Program-made: the position numbers and the translations under genes
Shown: piece after piece, positions 19,830 through 28,795 of the stretch
Position numbering within the stretch: position 1 is the stretch's first letter
Layout of the letters: each line of letters begins with the position of its first letter
Origin: an uncultured Verrucomicrobiae bacterium
GTDB taxonomy: Bacteria; Verrucomicrobiota; Verrucomicrobiia; Limisphaerales; JAFGQR01
Reading direction: 5' to 3'
Assembly (NCBI GenBank): GCA_963788655.1
Contig: CAWBHS010000060.1
Coordinates: 224,001 to 288,000 of the forward strand
DNA: 64,000 nt
The notes under the pieces: model-generated
Databases searched by the model: none
The model's input: only the letters and a program-made list of their open reading frames with translations
What the model was told of the DNA's origin: nothing

Positions 19830-22800
19830 TCATCGCCAGCCCATGCAAGCGCACGGCGCGTAGGCGTCAATCACCGCTTGCGACCCGTCGATCAGCCTCT
19901 GCGCCGTCTCGTGATCGATCAGTTGCTTGGCGCTCTTGCGCTTCTTGCTCGGGCTCTTGTAGAACTCGTCGTAGTTCCGCACCTTGTCCTGGAAGGACTG
20001 CAATTGCTTCACCCCTTCCTGGCATCTGCCCTTGGCCAGTTTCTTGCACGCGTCCTTCAGGTGCTTGTTGAACGTGCTCTTGAGTTTTGCGTCGATGTTG
20101 CTCTGTTCGACCAGCAACACCAGTTCTTCCACGGCTTCGCAACCGTCGATCACGGTCACCATCGTCGTACCCGTGCTCGACGTGCCTTCACCCGCACACT
20201 CGCCGGTGCCGGGATTCCCGTCATCGACGGTCAGCGTGACTTCGTGCGTGCCCAGGGGCAGCGTGGTGCTCAGAATCGCTTCATTGCCCACCGGCAGGCC
20301 ATCGACCTGCCACACATACGTCAGCGCATTGTTCTCCGGATCGGAGCACAAGGTGGCGTCCAACACCACTTCGGCCGTCTGGTTGTCGCAAGAGAGCACG
20401 AGGTTTTCGGTTACGTCGGGCGTGATCTGGAGCAGCGGGCCCACCACGATATGGCAGACCGGGCCGTCATTGGCCGGCTGGACCTGGATGCTTACCACCG
20501 CCGGATCGGAGACACACTCGCCATCGGTCGCCGTGAAGGTGAAGCTATCCATGCCGTTGTAGTCGGCGGCGGGGGTGTAGGCCACGTTCGGCGCGGTGCC
20601 GGTCAGGGTGCCGTGAGCCGGTTGCGAAGCGATCGCAAAGCTCTGGAGGGTCGGCCCGCAGCCGTTCTCATCCGGATCGCTGCCGGTCAGGGTGATGGCC
20701 ACTGGACTGTCCTCGCAGGTGGTCACCAGTTGGGCGTCGGCCACGGGGCATTGATTGACGCCGTGGACTTCAATGGTCACGGTGCCGCGGCTGAAGCAGA
20801 TGCCGTCGTCCACGAGGAAGATGAAACTGTCCATCCCGCAATACTCAGGAGCGGCCACGTAGGTCAGGTTCGGGCTCACGCCACGCAATTGGCCGTGTGA
20901 CGGCGGCACCACCCAGAAACGCAAGTCCGCAAAGTCGCCACAGCCTTGCGCGTCCGCATCTGTGGCCACCAGAGTAATCGGCATTGCCATGCCGGCGTCC
21001 ACGATCACCGATTGATCCTCGGGCACCGGGCAATCGTTGACCGGCTCGACGGTGATGGTGAATTCCGCGGGATCAGAGGTGTCTTGTCCGCCGTTGTCGG
21101 TACCACCGTCGTCCTGCAGCATCGCGGTTACCTGAGCCACACCACACAGACCGGGCGCCGGAGTAAACGTCAGCGTTCCCGCGGGGCTGATCGTGGGTAA
21201 TTCGGCAAACAGACCTTCGTTATCCGTGCTGACAACAAACGTCACCGTTTGCTCGCTTTCGAACGGCGAACCAGGTTGGATATTTGTAGCCCAATCGATG
21301 AATTCCTGCGGACCAGCATCCTCCGGAACAGTCACATCCGATCCCGGGGTGAAGCTGGGCGGCTGATTGGGCAAAGCGATCACCGTGACGGTGGCCGGAT
21401 CACTGCGCAGCGAGCCAAAGGGATTGGTTACTTCGACGCTGTAATCGCCGGATTGGGCGAGGGTCTGCGCCACAAAACTCAGCGTGCGGCCGGTCTCGCC
21501 GGTTAGGGCGTCTTGGCCAAAGTACCACTGGTAACTGAGCGGGACGCTGCCATTGGCCAACACGCTCAGGGTCACCGACTGGCCTTGGTCCAAGGTGGTG
21601 CCGTCGGGTTGCTGAACGATAAACGGAAGCGTGCCCTCGGGCAACGAAACCGCAATCCCCCGCAGGTTGCGCACATACAATCCGGTGTAACCCACCGACG
21701 CGTTGTTCACGCGGAAGTCAATCGTGTTCAAACCGGTCACAAATCCGGCGTCGATCCGGAAGGGTGCATACACGCCAAATTGGTCAGGATTAGCCTGCCC
21801 GGTGGACACGCCGTTGATCAAGATGTCCAGGCCGTTGTTGTCCGATGACCACTCGCCCGTCACGAATGCCGTAGCCGGATCGAATCCAGTCAGGTCAATC
21901 GTCAAGCGATAGACATAATCGCCGCCGGCATCGGCAGCCCCGGCGGCCGCGGAGGTTTCGAGACGAGGACCGATCCATTTGGATTGGTCGGTATTCGGCA
22001 CCCACGGTCCGTCAACAATGGGAAACACAGTAGAATCCTCGACCAGCGGTTCAGTGGCGCTCGAGTCTGGATTCACAATCAGAACGTAGTGCGAATCCGC
22101 GGCGCCGTCCGGCAAAGCGACTCCTGAATCGTCCACGCCGGTGTTGTAAAATCCAGGGACCGCTTCCCCCACGGTTAGGATCGCCTCAGTGCTGGTCACG
22201 AAACCAGCGTAATCAATGACGCGCACGCTGTAGGGACCGGCATCCTCCGGGAACACGCCGGGAATGGTAAACGTGCTTTGATCGGCGCCGGGAATGTCGT
22301 TTCCACTGTACATCCACTGGTAGCCTAAGGGCGGGGTGCCGATGGCCTGCACGCTGAAGGTGGCCGGATCACCGGCGGCCACGTATTGATCCTGCGGTTG
22401 GCCGGTGATGCTGGGCAGTTCGCTGACGACCAGGATGGCCGGATCACTCTGCACCGAGCCGTAAGGATTGGACACTTCCACGCTGTATTCCCCGGCGAAA
22501 TCTGGAAAATCAATCAGGAAGCTGAGCGTGGGCGCCGTTTCACCGGGGATTTGATCCGGGCCATAATACCATTGATAGGATAGCGGCGCGCTGCCGTTGG
22601 CCCGCACGCTGAAGCTGGCGGTTTCCGTCACGACGACGGACATGCCAACGGGTTGGTCCACGATGAAGGGCATCGTTCCAGCAGGCAGCAAATCACCCAA
22701 GCCCATTAGATTGTCCACCCTCAAGCCGGTGTAATCGGCGGGGGGTAAATTCTCCACTTCGAAGTCGAGGGTGTTCTGTCCGGCCAGGAATCCGCTGTTG

Positions 22801-25541
22801 ATTGCGAAGGTATTCAAGGCGCCGAAGTTTCCCGCGTTGGTGATGCCCGTCGGCTGCCCATTGAGGTAAACCTGCAACCCGGGATTGTCGCAGGTCCATG
22901 CGCCCAGAATCTCCGCCGTGCTCGGATCGAAACCGGTCAGGTCAAAGGTGAGGCGATAGCGATAAACGCCGACCGCACCAATGCCGGCCGTGTTCGCTTC
23001 CGGGCCAATCCATCGGGAACCGGCGCTATTGGCCAGCCAGGCGCCGGGCAAGGTAGCGGCATCTTGCACGATGGCATCCTGCGACCCGGAATGCGGATTC
23101 ACGACCAAAACGTAGTGGGGATCAATCGCGCTGTCAGGCAGAGCCGCGCCGAAATCATCCACGCCGGTATTGAAAATCCCTGGAATCGAATTACGAACCG
23201 CGAGCTCAACCGCATCACTGGTTGCGTTACCAAAGGGATTCGAAACCACCACCGAATAGGTTCCCGCATCGTCAAGCGCCAAATTGTTCAACGTCAACGT
23301 CGGTGAGGTCGCCCCAGGAATATCAGCAGCATCCTTCTGCCATTGGTAGCTGAGCGAGGAGCTGCCTTCGGCTACGACGCTGAACGTGAAGGACTTTCCG
23401 GTTCCGGTGAGGGCACCAACCGGCTGTTGGACGATGGAAGGTGGCGAGTTCGGCAACACCGCCAAGCCGCGGAGATTTTGCACCCGCAAGCCCGTGTAGC
23501 CTACGGCGCCATTTTGGATAACGAACTCCAGCGTGTTCAGCCCGTCCTGGAAGTTGGCATTGCTGCTGTCCAATGTGAATGGGGTGAGGCTGGCATAACC
23601 ATTATTATTCACCTCTCCGGTGTCCACCCCGTTGACGCGAAGCACAGCGGTGTCATCCACCGCCGATTGCCCGGTTATGACCAGCGTGGGAATGTCAACA
23701 CCCGTAAGATCAAACGACAACTGATAGACATACTCACCTGCAAGCGCCCCCACGGTATCGGGCAACGGTCCAATCCAACGCGAACCGGCAGTGTTGGCCA
23801 ACCAAGCCCCTGGCAATGCCGCTGCGGTTTGGGCAATGGCATCGGGCGCACCTGAATCCGGATTGGCGGTCAGGGTGTAATGTTGATCGGTGGCGCCATC
23901 AGGCAGGAGGGCCTTGCTGTCATCGACGCCCGTGTCGAACAATCCGGGCACAGAAGCCCTCACCTTCAGCGCGGCGGGTTGACTGTTGGTGGAACCCGTG
24001 CCGTTGCTTACGGTGACCGTATAATTGCCGGCCTGATCGCCAAACTCGACCAGGAAACTCAGCGTGGCTTCCGTCGCACCGGGAATCTCGTTGCCGTCCA
24101 AATACCATTGATAAGCGAGCGGCGCACTGCCCACAGCCACGACGTTGAGCGTGACGGTTTCTCCCAGGCCCGCCACCTGGCTTTGCGGTTCCAAGACAAA
24201 GCTCGGGGGAGTGTCGGAGGGCAGAAAGCCCACGTTATCGATCAGGACGGTATTGTCTCCGCCCTGCGGATTGGTTTTTACAAAGGCAATTTCAAGTGAA
24301 GTTGCGTCGGCCACAAATGGATCGCTAACCACTTCGCGATAGGGATTGCTTCCCCCAACCGAGGAAACCGGATGTTCCGCCACGACAACATTACCGCCAA
24401 CCGTTACCGCGAGGGAGGGGAGGTTGCCATTGCGAGCGTTTTCGAGATAGCGAATCTGGTACGACTTCCCGATGACAAATCCATTAACCACCTGGCTCAA
24501 GACACTGTCGTCCTGAATGAAGGCAACCTGTATGCCATCCGGAATGGTGCCATTGTCGGCAAAGGGAGAACCTGAGGCCGGATTGATGCCGGCGCCACCG
24601 GCAGATGCCCAACCGGTAATAGGGGTATTATCACGAACATATCCTGGATACGCTGTAAACGTGTCCGCTTCAAAACTGTTGTTAACAATCGTCGGTAGGG
24701 GCGGTTCCGGTAACGTGGAGATTTGCAGGTTGTCGATGCGGGTATTCTCATAAGTGCCCAACTCGAGATAGAGCGAACCGCCATTGTTGTTCCAATCAAA
24801 GTCGGACGTATTCCAGACTTCCATGCCATCCACCGTGGCGATCATGGTAACCGACGTTCCATCGGCAAAGGAAGCGAAGTGATAATCGATGCGGATGTGC
24901 CGCACATCAACTGTGGAGACATCGAAGTTTCCGCCGTCAATGCCAGGGCCATTGTTGAAAACTTGGGTGGCTCCTCTGAAACGAAACAGAATGCCAATGT
25001 CGGTTTGGGCATCGTTCACTCTTACGCCTGGCTCAGCCGTCGCCTGACCACTGATGCCAGCACAAAAGGAAATCCAATTGTCGGAGGTATTGTTGCCGGG
25101 TATCCAATCGAACTCCACCCGAAAGCCGCCTGCAGCGAGAATGTCCGCGCCCAAGCCGCCCGCGGCAAAGTCGAACCAAGTGTTGACATCCGCCGCCTGA
25201 TGGAAGCGGACCCGCCCTGAGCCAGCACCTGCTTTTAAAAAATTAAGTTGTTGATCCACGATTCCATGCTGAATTTTCGAGGAACGCGTCAGAATGTCGT
25301 TGGCATAAGTCCCGGAATGCCGGCCGGCTTGATCGGACGCATCCAGACTGTTGTTGTCTGGAGCATTGAAGTTGTCGCTCCAAAGGACATCCTGAGCCGA
25401 GGCGGTCGCCAATGCTGCGAAGCAGAGCACCGCAACGAGCAACGCACTACTGGTCCTTTGTTTGATAGCCAAGCGACACATCGTCAGCCGAGTAAGAAAG
25501 GAGAAAAGGACACCTTTGGAGGATTTTTTCTGAATATGCAT
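19830..25541 (-). CDS. Large secreted/surface protein with immunoglobulin I-set-like domains, three repeated beta-sandwich modules and cadherin/tandem-95-like Ig repeats
   Basis: 1903 aa, acidic, with a signal peptide. It has repeated GSxPLxYQW...G.YSV.VSN..GS Ig motifs, three G(L/I/F)(F/Y)(D/N)TGVDD modules, PxHGxLxGxxPNxxY...Y.G.DSF.F repeats and a basic helical C-terminal domain. Confidence 0.85.
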   Translation of the reverse strand: MHIQKKSSKGVLFSFLTRLTMCRLAIKQRTSSALLVAVLCFAALATASAQDVLWSDNFNAPDNNSLDASDQAGRHSGTYANDILTRSSKIQHGIVDQQLNFLKAGAGSGRVRFHQAADVNTWFDFAAGGLGADILAAGGFRVEFDWIPGNNTSDNWISFCAGISGQATAEPGVRVNDAQTDIGILFRFRGATQVFNNGPGIDGGNFDVSTVDVRHIRIDYHFASFADGTSVTMIATVDGMEVWNTSDFDWNNNGGSLYLELGTYENTRIDNLQISTLPEPPLPTIVNNSFEADTFTAYPGYVRDNTPITGWASAGGAGINPASGSPFADNGTIPDGIQVAFIQDDSVLSQVVNGFVIGKSYQIRYLENARNGNLPSLAVTVGGNVVVAEHPVSSVGGSNPYREVVSDPFVADATSLEIAFVKTNPQGGDNTVLIDNVGFLPSDTPPSFVLEPQSQVAGLGETVTLNVVAVGSAPLAYQWYLDGNEIPGATEATLSFLVEFGDQAGNYTVTVSNGTGSTNSQPAALKVRASVPGLFDTGVDDSKALLPDGATDQHYTLTANPDSGAPDAIAQTAAALPGAWLANTAGSRWIGPLPDTVGALAGEYVYQLSFDLTGVDIPTLVITGQSAVDDTAVLRVNGVDTGEVNNNGYASLTPFTLDSSNANFQDGLNTLEFVIQNGAVGYTGLRVQNLRGLAVLPNSPPSIVQQPVGALTGTGKSFTFSVVAEGSSSLSYQWQKDAADIPGATSPTLTLNNLALDDAGTYSVVVSNPFGNATSDAVELAVRNSIPGIFNTGVDDFGAALPDSAIDPHYVLVVNPHSGSQDAIVQDAATLPGAWLANSAGSRWIGPEANTAGIGAVGVYRYRLTFDLTGFDPSTAEILGAWTCDNPGLQVYLNGQPTGITNAGNFGALNTFAINSGFLAGQNTLDFEVENLPPADYTGLRVDNLMGLGDLLPAGTMPFIVDQPVGMSVVVTETASFSVRANGSAPLSYQWYYGPDQIPGETAPTLSFLIDFPDFAGEYSVEVSNPYGSVQSDPAILVVSELPSITGQPQDQYVAAGDPATFSVQAIGTPPLGYQWMYSGNDIPGADQSTFTIPGVFPEDAGPYSVRVIDYAGFVTSTEAILTVGEAVPGFYNTGVDDSGVALPDGAADSHYVLIVNPDSSATEPLVEDSTVFPIVDGPWVPNTDQSKWIGPRLETSAAAGAADAGGDYVYRLTIDLTGFDPATAFVTGEWSSDNNGLDILINGVSTGQANPDQFGVYAPFRIDAGFVTGLNTIDFRVNNASVGYTGLYVRNLRGIAVSLPEGTLPFIVQQPDGTTLDQGQSVTLSVLANGSVPLSYQWYFGQDALTGETGRTLSFVAQTLAQSGDYSVEVTNPFGSLRSDPATVTVIALPNQPPSFTPGSDVTVPEDAGPQEFIDWATNIQPGSPFESEQTVTFVVSTDNEGLFAELPTISPAGTLTFTPAPGLCGVAQVTAMLQDDGGTDNGGQDTSDPAEFTITVEPVNDCPVPEDQSVIVDAGMAMPITLVATDADAQGCGDFADLRFWVVPPSHGQLRGVSPNLTYVAAPEYCGMDSFIFLVDDGICFSRGTVTIEVHGVNQCPVADAQLVTTCEDSPVAITLTGSDPDENGCGPTLQSFAIASQPAHGTLTGTAPNVAYTPAADYNGMDSFTFTATDGECVSDPAVVSIQVQPANDGPVCHIVVGPLLQITPDVTENLVLSCDNQTAEVVLDATLCSDPENNALTYVWQVDGLPVGNEAILSTTLPLGTHEVTLTVDDGNPGTGECAGEGTSSTGTTMVTVIDGCEAVEELVLLVEQSNIDAKLKSTFNKHLKDACKKLAKGRCQEGVKQLQSFQDKVRNYDEFYKSPSKKRKSAKQLIDHETAQRLIDGSQAVIDAYAPCACMGWR

Positions 25542-25740
25542 AGCTATTCCTTAATCAAGGGTTTTATGCCCAAACTTGGGCCTATTCGCTGATTCAACTG
25601 AGATTGTGGGAGATTCAAACACATTCTCGGAGGGAAAACAAGTTGTTTTGTTGGAAAACATCGAGCTTCCGAAGGTGTAGCGGGGCTTCAGGATCGCCCG
25701 CCTAACTCGTTCCCACCGCCGTAATTAGGGCGACGGCTCC

Positions 25741-25971
25741 AACGTGCGGCCGGCATCCTGCCGACAGTTTGGAACGGCCCGTTCTAACATGACCAATGAC
25801 CAAGCTCCAGAACATGGCCAAGGACCAAGAACCAACGATCCGCCGACCGGCTGCTCGATTTTCATTTGCAGATTGGAACTTGGGCCTTCTCTGCAGCTTG
25901 GTCATCGCCCATTGGTTATTTGATCGCCGCTGCGGCATTCGTTTCTGCCGGCGAGACGCCGACAGCACGTT
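25741..25971 (+). repeat. REP/REPIN-like element, copy 3, with a nested inverted repeat
   Basis: Left end AACGTGCGGCCGGCATCCTGCCGACAGTTTGGAACGG and right end TTCGTTTCTGCCGGCGAGACGCCGACAGCACGTT. The internal inverted repeat ATGACCAAGCTCCAGA (25796-25811) pairs with TCTGCAGCTTGGTCAT (25890-25905). Confidence 0.8.
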
Positions 25972-25987
25972 GCTCGGCGATTCATTA

Positions 25988-28675
25988 TCAATCATCATCC
26001 ACCGACTTCACCGCCCATTCCGGATAGGGTGCCTGCGAACCTTTCATCGCGTGCCAGAGAATGCGGTTGAGCAGGTCTTCGGGGCATTGGTCCACTTGGT
26101 CCAACGGCAGCCGTGCGCTGGCGTAGGCGTATTTGCGCAATAGGGGGTCGCTGACTCGTCGGGGATTGGGATTCATCTGGTTCGAGGGAATGTTGCTCGC
26201 CACCGGCTGGAAGGGCGTGAAGTCCGGCGTGTCCGTGAAGCAATCGAACATCGGCGTGGCGGTGGCGTCCATCTGGTTCATCGGGGGCAGGCCGAGCATC
26301 AATTCCATGGTGCGCAGGAGACTGGTCTGGTTGTATTGCGTGGGAATGACTTTGCCGCGTTGGGTGTAGGGGCTGATGACGTAGGCCGTCGTGCGGAAGC
26401 CGCTGACGTGATCCCAGCCGTTTTGCGGGTCATCTTCAATCGCGAAGATGCACGTATTCGTCCAGAACCGGCTGTGGCTGATGGCCTCGACGATCTGGCC
26501 CAAGGCCAGATCGTTGTCGGCGACTTGCGCCGCGGGCGTGGGGGCCCCGGCCGTGGTGCCGCTGGTGTGATCATTGGGCAGGCAGATGATCGACAAATTG
26601 GGGAAGTCGCCGGCGGTTTCGAATTGCTTCAATTCCTTGATGAACTGCGCGGCGCGAAAGATGTCCGGCACGTTCATGTCCCACCCAACGGTGTTGGTGC
26701 AAAGGTACGGCCGCAGCGATTCGATGGCCGGGCGGCTGTGGAGATTGATCGTGGCCGAGCCTTCCAGGAATTCCTGGAAATGATCAGTCCAGATGGTTCG
26801 CCGTTGCGATCCGGATCCTTCCAGGTCTTGTCGGTGATGGCAAACTCGCCGTAGACCCGCAGCGATTTGCCGTGCGCCAACACGTTGTCCCAGATGAATC
26901 CCGCAGGCGAGTAGGCCAGCGCGTCCACGTCGTCGTCCTCCATACCGTCCGGGTAACTGCGCGGGAAGCCGGCAAAGGAGCGTTCCATATAATCGGTGGC
27001 AATCGCGCTATCGCTCCATTGGTGGCCGTCGGCGCTGAGGATGCCGGAGCAATAGGTGTTATCGAGCAGCACGAACTCCCGCGCCATCTTGTGCTGGTTC
27101 GGCGTGACGCGTTCGCCAAAAATGCACAAGGAAGGATCGCCGTTGCCCTCGGACACGTCGCCCAATACCTGATCGTAGGTGCGGTTCTCCTTGATGATAT
27201 AGACGACGTGCTTGAACACGCTGGGCTCGCCCACCCGCTCGGGCACCGGCTGCGGGGACCGGCCACTGCGGGGCGGACGCCTGGCTTGCGCGAGCAACGG
27301 ATACCGCATGTTGCGAGGGCAGCGCGGGTGTAGTGGCGACAGTTCCTTAGGGGAGGGCACGTTCAGCAGCGACACACGTGCCGAAATACTGGCGCGAATT
27401 GTATTTTTCCTTTTCCCCCGGCGCATAGCGTCTGGCCCGATCCGATGCCCTTGATGTTGGCCACGTAAAGCGCTTCCCGCCGGGCATCGTAAACGACGGC
27501 CCCCGGAAACCATCCCACCGGGATCAAGCCTTTCAAGCGCGACTTCCGGGGTCAAATTCGACCACCGCGACGGCGTTCTGCGTGCCGTTGCCGACGAACA
27601 GCGTTTTGCCCGAGTGATCAAAGGCCAGCGCATTCGGACTGCGCGCCAAACAGGTCCGCCGGGCTTTGCCGGGTCCAGATCGTTTCCACAATCCGGTCGG
27701 AGCGCGTGTCGATCACGCTCAACGTATCACTGGCAGCATTGGCCACGACGAGGTAATGGCCATTCGGAGACAAGCGCCATGGCGGACGCGTGCAAGCCCA
27801 CTTGAATTTCCGCTCAGCACGTATTGGTGGAATCCAGATCCAGAACCGACACTGAACCGTCATTGGCAACGTGACGAACGGGATCGACCCGTACCCGCTT
27901 GCCGAGCCCCGCCGGACCGGTCAAGCTGCCGGCGTCGGGCCGGCGTCCGCCCCAATTGCTGACGTACGCTTTCCGGCCGGCGACGAGCACGTCAAACGGC
28001 GCCACGCCCACGTCCCAAAACCGCTGTACCTTGCCGGTGGTGGCGTCCAATTCAACCAAGCGGTTGGACAAATTGAGCACGACAAAGAGCCGTCGGCCAT
28101 CCGGCGACAACGCCAGGCCGGAGGGAATATCTTCGACCCGTTTCCAGGCACTGGTCTGCGGCAACCGGATACGGTACAACGCCCACCACCTTGTGCTCGG
28201 GCGTGATCCCGAAGACCTTGATGCTGCCGTTGACGTTGGCCAGGTAGATCCGCGAGCCATCCGGGGAAAAAACCAGTCCAGTGAAGCTGAGTTGCCCCTT
28301 CTGATCCGGTTCGAAAATGTGATCGGACACTTCGTCCGGTTCCGGATCGCCATCGGCCTCGGAGGGCAACGGCACCCGCTGCAACAAGCGGCCCGTCTCC
28401 GGATCGAGCACCACCAGGTGGGGCGTTTTGCCGGAGGTGACCAGCAAGCGGCCATCCGGACTGAGGGCCAGCGCCTGCGGCCGCATGCCGGGCAGTTCCA
28501 CGTGAAGGCCGGCCGGGGTAAGCACTTGGTTGACGGGCGTGTAATAGCGATTGGTGTCCAATGGGCCGACCGGTTCGCGCGTGACCGCCGATCGTGTGAA
28601 GTGGCCGCCACGGTAACAACTGCACAAGGCAAACATCAACAGCATGACCATTCCCGTGGCGAATCGACGGTGCAT
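25988..28675 (-). pseudogene. YncE-like beta-propeller / phosphoesterase (alkaline phosphatase superfamily) lipoprotein, broken by many frameshifts (possibly sequencing error)
   Basis: Lipobox-like LMFALCSC and propeller repeats ALSPDGR. The phosphoesterase motifs KHVVYIIKENRTYDQVLGD, SADGHQW, LPNDHT, VADNDLALG and EDDPQNGWDHV are spread over at least five frame segments. Confidence 0.75.
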
Positions 28676-28795
28676 GAACAAACGCGGAATCATGGCGCCC
28701 AGACTGCCATTGTCCAATTCCGTGTCAATGCAGTCCTTCGTAAAGAATCGAATGTGTTTGGCCGGGGCTACGTCAATGGCTACACTGCAATCTCC

